From the NCBI RefSeq assembly GCF_004010195.1, contig NC_057750.1, positions 16,260,550 through 16,324,549 of the forward strand: DNA of 64,000 bases, given 5' to 3'. A program made the position numbers and the translations under genes. The DNA is from Chiloscyllium plagiosum (Eukaryota). Position 1 is the first letter of the stretch. Every line of letters begins with the position of its first letter. Shown here piece by piece: positions 12,501 through 23,750 of this stretch. Under the pieces are notes generated by a model. It ran no database searches and was not told the DNA's origin. It worked only from the letters and a program-made list of their open reading frames with translations.

Positions 12501-12729
12501 GACTGTATCTGAAATAGAAATTGCTGGAGAAACTCAGCAGGTTAGAACTGTTCTGATGAAGTGTTACTAGATTCAACATTAGTTTTGCTTTCTGCAAAAC
12601 TGTGCAACGACATATGATCTTTCACTTTTTAAGAAGTCAGATCCTTCAAATTTTAAACCTTAAGTTAAATGTGATAATATACTGCTGTCTCTCAGTTGTC
12701 ATCCATGATTCAACTGTAACACTCTTGCC

Positions 12730-12850
12730 TAAATGTAAGTTTGCTCACTAAGTTGGAAGGTTTGTTTTCGGACGTTTCACCACCATACTATATAACATCA
12801 GTGAGCCTCCAGTAAAGCACTGGTGTTATGACCCGCTTTCTATTTGTGTG
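12730..12850 (-). mobile_element. Penelope terminal fragment (family of 13440-14320)
   Basis: Reverse complement of about 14225-14320, with a partly deleted hammerhead core. Confidence 0.75.
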
Positions 12851-13439
12851 ACAGATGCTGCCAGACCTATTGAATTTCTCCAGCAGTTTCTTTTTTTTGT
12901 TGTTGAATAATAGAGACCATTTTGGATGGTGAAATGAGCTTGATTCTGAGTGTTCTTCACTTAAAGCTGCTGGCAGGATATTGAATGGATAGCAGCTCAA
13001 CTTTCCTCCGTTGCAAAATACATTATTGATCTTAGCTCATTTCCAGATAAAATTTGAATTTTAAACAAACATACATTTCAAAGTTAAATCATCAGAGACA
13101 TGCAAGTTATTTCTTTTTCCACCTGCTATTTGCAGTTCAGTATCTTTCATATTTTTCAAGGTTACCAAATGAGAACAGATATTAACCAGCATCTACAACT
13201 GCACTGCATAACCTTCTTTTATATTGTTTTGCAGCTTTTCATGTTCAAGTCTCTCTCAGCTGCACATTTTGTCTTGATATCTTTTACACCCATCTGAGAA
13301 GACAAATGGAGGTCTGTGCTCCAAGATCTCTCTGAAAGACAGCACCCAACAGTGTAGCACTTAGTCAGTGCTATACTGGAGTGCCATTCTAGATTTTGTG
13401 CTTCTTTGGAATGGTTCTTTCCCTGGATTCCAACAAGAG

Positions 13440-14320
13440 TTAGCGAGTTTGGAGAAGATTTGTAGCTCAGGTTGAGGTTCTAAATGTAAGTTTGCTCGCT
13501 GAGCTGTAAGGTAAGTTTTCAGACATTTCATCACTATACTAGGTAACATCATCAGTGAGGAGAAAGTGAGGACTACAGATGCTGGAGATCAGAGTCGAGT
13601 GTGTGGTGCTGGAAAAGCACATCAGGTCAGGCAGCATCCGAGGAGCAGGAGAATTGTTTTAGGCAAATGCCCTTCATCAGGAATGATCATCCGTTGAAGC
13701 ATGGGTGTTAGGACCCGTTTTCTATTATGTGTTTAGGTTTCCTAGTGTTGGTGATGTTATTTCCTGTGGTGATGTCATTTCCTGCTCTTTTTCTCAGAGG
13801 GTAATGAATGTGGTCCAAGTTGATGAGTTTGCTGATAGAGTTCCAGTTGAATTGAACTTAATAGACCCTATACAGACAACAAGCAAAATTAATGTTATTT
13901 ACAAAGTACCGTGCAAAGACTGTAACAGACACTACATTGGACAAACAGGTAGAAAACTAGCCACCAGGATACATGAGCATCAACTAGCCACAAATAAACA
14001 TGACCCACTTTCACTATTCTTACATACAGACGAAGAAGGACAGCACACCCATCCAAGGACAAGCTAAACAGACACACACATGAGAATTCCTAAAAGCGTG
14101 GCATTCCAATCAGAATTCTATCAACAAACTCATCGACTTGGACCCCATTTACCAACCTCTGAGAAAAAGAACAGGAAATGACATCACAGGAAATGGCATC
14201 ACCAACCCAAGGAAACCTAAACACACACAGAAAGTGGGTCATAACACCAGTGCTTTACCAGAGGCTCGCTGATGATGTCACCTAGTATGGTGATGAAATG
14301 TCTGAAAATGAAGCTTCCAT
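13440..14320 (+). mobile_element. Penelope-like element: GIY-YIG endonuclease fragment plus 3' terminal repeat, preceded by an inverted copy of that repeat
   Basis: NVIYKVPCKDCNRHYIGQTGRKLATRIHEH (GIY-YIG) at about 13890-13980. About 13700-13850 is the reverse complement of about 14105-14250, and 13440-13557 is the inverted end. A second PLE fragment sits at 13558-13685. Confidence 0.9.
14269..14302 (+). ncRNA. Hammerhead ribozyme motif in a Penelope terminal repeat (CpG-decayed)
   Basis: CTGATGA-T-GTCACC-TAGTAT-GGTGAT-GAAA-TGTC; an inverted sister copy lies at 13522-13555. Confidence 0.6.
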
Positions 14321-15508
14321 TCAGGCAAGACTGTTAAATTTAATCATGGATGACAGCTGAGAAACAGCAATCATCATCGCATTTAAGTTTAAGCTGTAAA
14401 ATTTGAAGGGTCTGATATCTTAAAAAGTGAGGAATCAAATGTAGTTGCTCAGTTTTGTACAGACTGAACAGCTAACTTACTCGACACCACACTGCGAAAT
14501 TGCAGTTTCAGATTTCCCACTGAGTCTTTGTGATACAGCTTGTTATGAAGTGCTGAGCGATTATGTCCTAATTCCTAGATTATCTGTCACAGGGTGGTGT
14601 CAATCAAGGGGTTGCAGTTAACCTACAAATTATCTCCTTTTCCTTCAGTGAAGGAAGAAGGCTTCCTATCCCTGATTCCCACCAAATGATCATTCAGACT
14701 GCCAGGTGTAAGTTGTTTTGAATTGTAATAGACCCTACAATCGAAGAGCCTGTGTTGGTTAGTGTCCATATGTAGGTTGTAAACTAGCCCCTAGAAGGTA
14801 GTGCGACAAGGAAGAAAAATATTAAGGCTAATTGATGGGGACCTGGGAGATGATGATGTTGGGGGAAGATTGGGGACGGTGGTACCCAAGTTATTTTTAA
14901 CTCTTTAGTTCTTAGAAATTCAAGTGTACAGCTCTGGATGGTTTGGCAAAGCTGTGCAGACCAGAAGGTGCAGTGATTGCTAATTTCATCTATAGCAGCA
15001 AATGGGTATTAAAATTGGCTTCAGACTTGGGAAGGTGGGGGGGGAAAAAACTCAGCCAAGGCTCCATATTGCAATGTGCTTTCCCATTTTTGCCCACAGG
15101 TTACTTACAGGCATGACACAATCGAGGCTAATTCTGTTGGCCAATCATTTGGGCGCAAAGATTGGCCACTTAGATGTGTTGTTGCAAAGCCAACAAGAAC
15201 CCCAAAGCCTTCAGGACAGAAAAGGGTATATTATAAGGATGTGGATTGACTTCCACTGCATGCTACTAATGAAGTCCAGGGCCAGTAACAGACCTCATTC
15301 CAACTATAGTGAGGGTGTTGGCGGTTGTTTGGGAACCAGCTGCTTCCCCCATCCATTGACAGATGTATTTGAATATTCATATGTTTGGCGATTAATTTCT
15401 ATCTTAATTGGGAGGATGGTGTTGTGCTATGAATGCTCCCAACCTGCTGGTAAATGGGCTGCAGAAACTGATCTTTTTTTTTTCTCTCTCTCCCTCTTTC
15501 CTCCACAG

Positions 15509-15530
15509 ATTCCAGATGAATTTGATAATG
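15509..15530 (+). CDS. TIMM50: TIMM50 internal coding micro-exon (22 nt, IPDEFDN+G; equivalent to human exon 4 as recalled)
   Basis: Long polypyrimidine tract ending ccacag, then ATT CCA GAT GAA TTT GAT AAT G, then gtaagt. The peptide matches TIMM50 IPDEFDND, and the phase-1 end joins the exon at 49454. Confidence 0.95.
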
Positions 15531-17243
15531 GTAAGTTAAATCAATTTGGAATTGTTTGCACTGTTGGGTTCATCTCCGGGTTGGCATGTCGATGCAAGAC
15601 TTTTCTCTGTGGCAAATGTCCTTTTTTTAATTCTTTAATACATACTACAAATGTTGCTTCTACTCACAGATGGCCCCTGTGTTAAAGTGGGATTTAAGTA
15701 TAATAGAAATTGGTACTCCTTCTGTCTATATTTTGAACTATAAATTCTGCGAAATGAACAGAACTAGAGCATCACTGTAATATAAATTAAATAGGATTTG
15801 CTTATTTCTATGTCCCCCATTTAAGTTGTCAGTTGTCCTTGATTTGTGGATAATGTCTCTTAATGTATACAGTACCCAGCATACCAGCCTGTTTTAGCAA
15901 ACATTGTTCTTAGCTAGTTTTTTTTTCTAGGACATGAGACAGAAGTGTTTTGCTTTTTTAATTTCTGAGCTTCCTTGTATAATATTTTGGTATTTGGTAT
16001 TAAATGTCCAGTTGCAAACATGGCTTCAAGAGATGGTAATGGGATTTCTTTTTTTAAAAAATTGCTTCTAGGTCTGAAATTTCAAGTTTTGTCTATGTAT
16101 CTATTTTTGAGAAAGCTAACTTGATCTTTGAGTAGGTCTGGTGTCTGATTTCAACACAGAAGTGCATAGCTGCTAATTTTAGGGACATTCCAATGAGCTT
16201 CCGCTCTTGTGGAGTAGAGAAGGGATGTTTTGTGTAATTTGACTATTCAGTGACCCTACTGTCAACCCCTAACCAGTACTGACTGAACTCAGTTGTGCTG
16301 ACTCCTCCATCATAGTCAAATTCCTTGCAGTGTTCTAGTCTTTATAAACAATAACTATTTGGTTGAGATACTGACATGGATCTTATGTTACTGCCTCAGT
16401 ACCAACATTTCTCCTTGCTGCCATGGAATCTAAAGACAAAGGAATACAAGTTTGACTGCAGGAGGCTTCATGTGATACTACTTTGCTGAGTCAGAATATT
16501 TCTTCTTTTCCTTGTCATTTTTGAGTAGGTATTGTTGCTACTTGTAAATGGAAGCAGTTTTGCATTAGTGGGATTTTTGATTATCAGGCTTTTAAGACTT
16601 GATCAGCCACTTAAATGTTTGTAGATCTAGTTATTTGCTCATCAGTATATTTGTTTGAAATTTAAAATATCACTCTGAACAATTACTGCAGAAGCATGCT
16701 CCTTTGTTATTGGCCCCATAATATTGGACTGTGTGTATCGTGAAGTCTTTGTTGTGAGAGAAACAAAATATGTAAGTGTGGACTCTTGTCTGGATTCTAA
16801 CAGGGAATTGAGGACAATGCATCCGTCCAGTGAATCCTTCCTTCAGTCTATTATCAATAGTTCCCAAGTAAAAGTACAGTAGCCTATTAACACAATTCAA
16901 TTATTTTTAGCTGGATTGAGCTGCTTCATTTCCCTGACCTTCTGCAGCTTTCAAATGTTGTTGCCTAGGGCTCCGGCACTAGTGGGGAATACTTAATTGC
17001 TATTGAAATGTTGAAGTGGTGATTGATTCACCCCATCACAACACAATATAGCATCTTATGAGGGTTTCTCTTAGTCATGATCAATTATACTCTATAGTCA
17101 GGCACCTAAAATAGTAGATATTTGAAAGCACTGATAATAAAGTATTTTTCACGTCTTTCTCAGTTTCAAAATAGTTTTAAACTGCTTCATGCAAGATTCA
17201 GCACTTTGTGATTATTTGTTTGTTTAGTTATTTGCTTGTATGA

Positions 17244-17885
17244 TTTTATGGTCCAGACCAAACCCCCTTCAAATATATCAAAAGATAGCCTTGACCCTAA
17301 CCTTGCTCTTACTTAGAGACCAGCATTAGCTGCTGTGTTCCAGATGTGATTCAATTGGCAATGCTATACGGCTTTAAGCAAAACGCACTTTATTCTTATC
17401 CTACAGTTAGAATACAAACAAAAAAAAGAAGAATTGGCATAACTTTAACTTTATTGGAAAGCTTAACAGAATGATCGATTATTTAACTGCCAAACAGCAA
17501 CTGTTCGAATATAGTAACATCCCATAAATACACTCTTGGCAAAAGCAAATTCAGTGAAATAGAATGTCTCATATGTGATATTTCTCCAGTCTGGGAGAAA
17601 AGAACAGCAAGAGAAACCTCTGGTAGACAGAGGGATATAGCAACTCCCACAACCAACTTCAAAATCCCAACAACTGCTGAAAGCTAACCTATAACTCTGA
17701 TTCTATAAGAGCTTGACTCCACCCGTTCATGCTGCTTCTATTGTTCCAACTTTTATATAAAAAACACCAAGACCTCTCAAGCTGTTTACTTTATTGCCTT
17801 GAAAGAAACAGCTTACCACCAATGGCTCAAAATCTCTCTTCAAAAAAAAAAGACAAAATACACTTAACACCATAGTGTTGTCACA
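17244..17885. mobile_element. Probable solo LTR (Gypsy-type)
   Basis: About 640 bp block ending ...gtcaca, with a start resembling TGTTATG and composition like the LTR at 28510-29231. No clear TSD. Confidence 0.45.
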
Positions 17886-20800
17886 GTAGGGACAGGTTTT
17901 CTTTAAAGTTTCTTTTAAAGTATCATGCTGGTTTTTGATAGAGCATTGGGATGCCGGGGAGGACACACATGGCGGTGTGGGCAGGGTGACGATTTGTAGT
18001 TTGCATGTGCACAGTGAATGGCAGATTGTGTTCTGCAATGAGACATTGACTTTGTAGTACTACACTCCATTGTTTTACACTACTGTCAAGTGCACGACAA
18101 AAGTACAAACGCTGAATCCAATCGCCACCCCTAACAATCACAAAGTGGATCTCTGTTGTCAGTAAATGGAAATTAATTTTCTAATTGGCTACAGTCAGAA
18201 CTATTAATAATCAGAAGTGTGCATATTAGTAACTGACCCTCAACATAAACTGAAAATTAATTGAGTAATAATAACTCTGTAATCATCCACAAATATCTGA
18301 AACTAAATAACTTCATTGTAATTATTTTTTGACAAACTAGCCATCACAACTTACAATAGAGGAGTTTTTAATTTTTTTTCCTGTGGGAGTACATTAAAAC
18401 CCCATTAGATCTATTTTATTGCGCATCACATCTATGCTCATGTTAGTGCACTTCAACATTTAAGTCGTCCTTGTCTGTACCTTTGTGAGGCCAATGGCTC
18501 TCCCACAAGGAAAAAAGAAAATACAGGTAGGTATAGTCACCCCGGCTCATGTCCCCAAGAATCCTAGTAGCTGATTACGGTTTGTTTCTTAAGCCTTAGT
18601 AATGCTACAAGTATATTTCAAAAATATAATTGGAATCATACAAATTTACAGCACAGAAGATGACCAGTTTGTGTCGTAATGTCTGTCTGTCTCTTGGAAA
18701 GAATCATCCAATAGTCCCACTCCCCAATTGGGCCTCCAATTTTTTTTTTCCCTTTCCAAGTACTTATCCAGATTCCTTTTGAAAGCTACTGTTGAATCCC
18801 TTTACCTCACCCATTCAGTAGTTCCTGACCGCAATGATTTTGTTGTGTTTGGGGAAATAAAAATGCTTTGTCTTCCTGTTTCTTTCACCAATTACCTTTT
18901 AATCTGTCTCATTTAGTTACCTATCCTGCTGCTGTTGGGGAAATTAAATCTTATTTTCTAATTTTCTTGCTAATTTTTGCTCAGGTTGATTTACACTTGG
19001 TGAGTAATTTTATGTATTTATAAAGTGAGTGCACATTTCCATCTCCAAGGCATATCAGTAAGATGAGGTTTATGTCCATTTACACATTCTACCAACTGGT
19101 TTTGATTTTCATTTTCTCCTGTATGACTAAGATCTTCCCAATATTGAGCCTTCGTGGAACCCAGAAGTTCAGAAATACACGTAAGCACTGCACTGTCACT
19201 TTTTATTATTTTTGAATCGGTCAAAAATTTGGCAGCAGGTCAGGGGATCCATAGATTTAATTTTTACAGTTCTGAAGAAACAATGGTTCTATCATTTTAC
19301 AGAGCAAGATACTTCACAGTTTCTACTTGGTGTTAGTGTTGTGATTATCCTATCCTAATTGTCTTCTCTCTCTTCCTTGATAGCATTGGCTAGTTTTTGA
19401 GCAGTGCAAACTTCTTGTCATCCAGCATCTACACTCATTCTTGCGAGCAGGAATCATTCGATAATAATTGAGAGCTGGAACAACACATGATGTCCCTCTT
19501 GCTGAACATACAAATTATGAGCAGGAGTACACTATATTCACCCTTTGATAAGATCACAGGTGATTTGATTGATATGTCAGTTCCATGTGCCTGATCACCA
19601 ATTAGCATTACTTCCCTTATTAGTCAAGAATCACTATACCTCTGTCTTAAAGGTATTGAATGACCCTTCCTTGACTGATGTCTAAGCAGAGGTCTGCAGA
19701 CTTGCGACTCTGAGAGAAAGAAATTCTCCTCAGCTTCATTTTAAATGGGAGATTTAAGATTTTGTCTCTTCTACATGGTGTGAAACATCCTTTTGGTATC
19801 AAGTCCCTTCAGGATCTTGTGTGCTTCAATGAGATCACGCCTCCTTCGTAACTACAATAGATAGAAACTTAACCTCTCCAACCTTTGTGAGATAACAGAG
19901 TTAAGCTTGTCAGATAATAGCTTCATCCTGAATCATTTCAACAAACTACTATGGACAGCAGACTGAAAGAAGGATTTACTAGACTAATGCATTGTCCTCA
20001 ATTCTCTGTTAGAATCCAGATAAGAATCCACTCTTACATATTTTATGCAATAGCATTCTTTTTTAAATAGAGACCAAAATTGTCTCACCAACATCCTGTA
20101 CAACTATAATTAAACTCGGTAGCTACTTTTATTCCAATCCACTTTTCAATAAATAAGTATTTATTTGCTTTCCTAATAATTTGCTGTACCTGCATGCTAA
20201 CTTTGTGTGATTAGTGTACCAGGACACCCAGTTCACCTTTACCTCAGTTCTGTAATCTCACTCAATTTAAAATATTACTTCTCTATCATTGTTGCCACAG
20301 TGGATCATTTCACATTTTCCCAAATTATGCTCCCACATACCAAATACTTTTGGGCGTAGACGTAACCAACCTATATACCTTTGCAGATTCTGTATGTTTT
20401 CTTACCTACTTACTTTCCTATCCATCTTTGTGTTCTCAACATATTTAGCAACCATTCGGTAGGCCGTACCTCCCAGCTGTAAATAGTCGGGTCCCAGCAT
20501 CACCTTTGGTATTACCCTTATTAGCTATATCTGCTCCCAGGAGGACCAGTTCCACCACAGAACACACTAGATGGCCTCCTCCTTTAAAGACTGTAATTTC
20601 CCCTCCCATGTGGTTGAAGATGCCCTCCAACGCATCTCATCCATGTCCCGCACCTCCGCCCACAAACCTCATCCCTCCAACCGCCTCATCCGCCGACATT
20701 TCCGCCACCTACAAACAGACCCCATCACCAGGGATATATTTCCCTCCCCACCCCTTTCCGCCTTCCGCAAAGACTATTGCCTCTGTTACCTCTACCTGGT

Positions 20801-20910
20801 TAGATGCTCACCAACAACCCACTCTCCCCTCTTGGCACCTTCCCCTGCCACAGCAACAATTACAAAAGCTGCGCCCGAACCACCACCTCCTTCTCCTCCC
20901 TCTTCTTTTC

Positions 20911-20911
<1 letters not shown>

Positions 20912-20956
<45 letters not shown>

Positions 20957-20973
20957 CGCCCCCCNNNNNNNNN
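20912..20973. other. Poly-C run next to an assembly gap
   Basis: More than 40 C followed by a short n run; length probably unreliable. Confidence 0.9.
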
Positions 20974-21540
20974 CAAGGCCCCAAAGAAGCCTTCCACATT
21001 CATCAGTGTTTCACCTGCATATCCACAAATGTCATTCATTGTGTCCGCTGCTCCCGATTCAGCCCCCTTTACAATGGGGAGACTGAACGCTTTCTCGCAG
21101 AGCGCTTCAGGGAACATTTCCGTGACGCCCACACCAATCAACTCCACCGCCCCGTGGCCGAACATTTTGACTCACTCTGCCGAGAACATACAGGTCCTGG
21201 GCCGCCTCCACCGCCATTCCCCACCACCCAACGCCTGGAGGAAGAACACCTCATCTTCCACCTCAGAACACTTCAACCCTAGGGCATCAATATGGACTTC
21301 ACCAGTTTCCTCATTTTCACCCCCCTCCACTTTACCCCAGTTCCAACCTGCCAGCTCAGCACCATCCTCATGACCTGTCATACCTGCCAATCTTCCTTCC
21401 CACCTATCTAGTCCACCATCCTCTCCGACCTATCACCTTCATCCCCACCTCCATCCACTTATTGCACCCTTAGCTACCTTCTCCCCAGCCCCACACCCCT
21501 CCCATTAATCTCTTTACTTCGGAGGCTCCCAGCCTCATTC

Positions 21541-21568
21541 CTGATGAAGGGCTTTTGCCCGAAATGTC
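21541..21568 (+). ncRNA. Hammerhead ribozyme motif in the PLE 3' repeat
   Basis: CTGATGA-A-GGGC-TTTT-GCCC-GAAA-TGTC (ACGT decayed to ATGT). Confidence 0.6.
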
Positions 21569-22489
21569 AGGATGATGCCTGACCTGTCCTTTTCCAGCAC
21601 CATTCTAGTCTTGACTCTGATCTCCAGCATCTGCAGTCCTCATTTTCACCTTATTACATCTTGCCAACCCAAAAATGATCCAAAAGACCTACTCTCCTGT
21701 TAGCCAACAAATCCCCTATCCATGCTGATATGTGACTCTCTATATCATGAATTCTTAATTTTACGCTATACCTTTTGTGCACCTTCTTGCATGCCTTCTT
21801 GCAATCCAAGTACGCTATATGTATAGGCTTCCCTTTATTTTCATTGCTTATTACATCTTCAAAGAATTCTACTAAATTAATTGAGCATGATTTCCCTTTC
21901 TCAAAACCATATTAACTCTCCCTGATTGCTTAATAATTTTCTAAGTGTCCTTCCTCTAATCTCTTTCCTAATAGATTTCAGAAATTTCCCTCTGACAGAT
22001 ATTAAGCCATCTGGCATGTAGATTCTTGCTTTCTGTCTCCTTCCTTTTTTGAATTAGAGGAATTAGATTTTCTATTATGCAATAGGATGAATCCTTTCCA
22101 GAGTCGAAGGAATTTTGGAAAATTAAAACCAATGCAGTTACGATCCCAGCAACGTTTTTTTTAAGATCATAGAATGAAGTCCATTAATACCAGAGGACTT
22201 GTCAGCTTTTAGAATAATTTTCTTAGTCTGGTAATTGTAATGATTTTAATTTCCTCCCTCCCTTTCACCTTTGATTTAGTTATTTCTAGAATGTTGTTTA
22301 TTTCCTCTAGTGAAGGCCAATCACAAGATAACTGTTCAGTTCACCATCATTTCCTATTTTTCATTATTAATTCCCTCGATTCTGTCAAGAGAAATGCTGA
22401 CTACTTTCTTCCTTTTTTAAAATATGTATGGAAATTCTTTCTGTTTTTGTATTTCTAGCTCTCTTTCTCTTGTACATTTTTGTTTGGTC

Positions 22490-22815
22490 ACAAGTCATAC
22501 AGCACAGAAACAGACCCTTTGGTCTAACTCTTGCATGCTGATCAGATATCCAAAACTGATCTTGTCCCATAATCAACTAAACCCCTCCTTGTCATGTACC
22601 CTTCCAGACGTCTTTTAAATGCTGTAATTGTAAAAGCCTCCACTACTTATTCTGGCAGCTCATTCCATATACATGCCACCTTCTGCATGAAAAAGTTGCC
22701 CCTCAGGTCACTTTTACATCTTTCCCCCCTCACCTCAAACCTATGCTCTCTAGTTGTGGATTCTGTTGTCCTGGGAAAAATACCATGGCTATTCACCTTA
22801 TCCATGCCCCTCGTG
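22490..22815 (-). mobile_element. CR1 3' end fragment
   Basis: Reverse complement of the CR1 3' UTR seen at 46000-46345. Confidence 0.85.
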
Positions 22816-23398
22816 ATTCATTGTTTTCTTATTATGTTCTGTCCAACATTCTGAACTGCTATTCCTCTTTGTGGAATGATATGCTTTTTCTTTACATCTG
22901 ATAGTATCTTTAACATTCTTAGTTAGCCATGGATAATTATATTCTTTCCCTGAAATTTTTTTCTCACTGAGATGTATCTTTAAGTGATATGAAATATCAT
23001 CTTGAACTTCTGCATATCTACTGACCTATCCCTTAACCTCATTTCCTGGGTCACTTTAGCTAGCTTGGTCCTTCTACTCTTATTATTGCCCTTAAAGAAG
23101 ACCCATTCTTCTCTTCTGGAATCTGAATGTGAAAATTCAGTCGTGTTGTGATCAGATCTATATAGCTATGGCTTTATTATTGTGCTATTAGTTAATCTTA
23201 TCTGATTGCTTACTGCCTCCTCTCTGGTTGGCTGTAGATTGTGCAGTTCTAAGAAATTTTCCCAAGCTCACTATGTACTGTTTTGCCAGGTTACCTTTCC
23301 CAGTTGATTTGTTCCATCTGCAATTAGGTTAAAATCACTCATGATTAATGCCAACGCCTTTCTCACAAACTCCCATTATTCTTTTGCCCCCTGTAAAT

Positions 23399-23750
23399 GG
23401 GCGACACTGTGGCTCAGTGGTTAGTACTGCTGCCTCACAGCACCAGGAACCCGGCCAATTCCAGCCTCTGGGGACTGTCTATGTGGAGTTTGCACATTCT
23501 TCTTGTGTCTGCTTGGATTTCCTCCGGGTGCACCGGTTTCTTCCCACAGTTCCAAAGATGTGCAGGTGAGGTGAATTAGCCATGCAAAATTGCCCAGAGT
23601 GGTCAGGAACGTGTAGGTTAGGTGCGTTAATTGGATAAATATAGGATAATAGGTTAGGGGAATGGGTCTGTGTAGGTTACCCTTTGGAGGGTCGATGTGG
23701 ACTTGTTGGGACGATGGGCCTATTTTCACACTGTAGGGATTCTAATTCTA
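23399..23750 (+). mobile_element. HE1-type V-SINE
   Basis: TGGCTCAGTGG A box, V-domain and CR1-like tail. Confidence 0.88.

Larger units (their letters stand above)
20526..21648 (+). mobile_element. 5'-truncated Penelope-like element (RT C-terminus, Cys linker, GIY-YIG) with 3' terminal repeat
   Basis: FTCISTNVIHCVRCSR..LYNGETERFLAERFREH..PVAEHF..RLEEEHLIFHLRTLQP. The 3' end matches the fold-back elements at 8331, 9037, 26022, 35056 and 55137. Possible short TSD ccttatta. Confidence 0.9.

Noticed and set aside
1..15500. Preceding TIMM50 exon (GNNPVDENGAK-like)
   Set aside because: Searched by eye for VDE-like codons with splice sites; none found, so presumed upstream of the window.
15002..15685. 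227-aa ORF on +
   Set aside because: Only IPDEFDN is real coding sequence (TIMM50 micro-exon). The rest reads through intron, including the polypyrimidine tract (LFFFSLSLFPPQ).
20506..21373. Poly-proline / poly-glycine ORFs
   Set aside because: Produced by a poly-C run beside an assembly gap within a frameshifted Penelope element.
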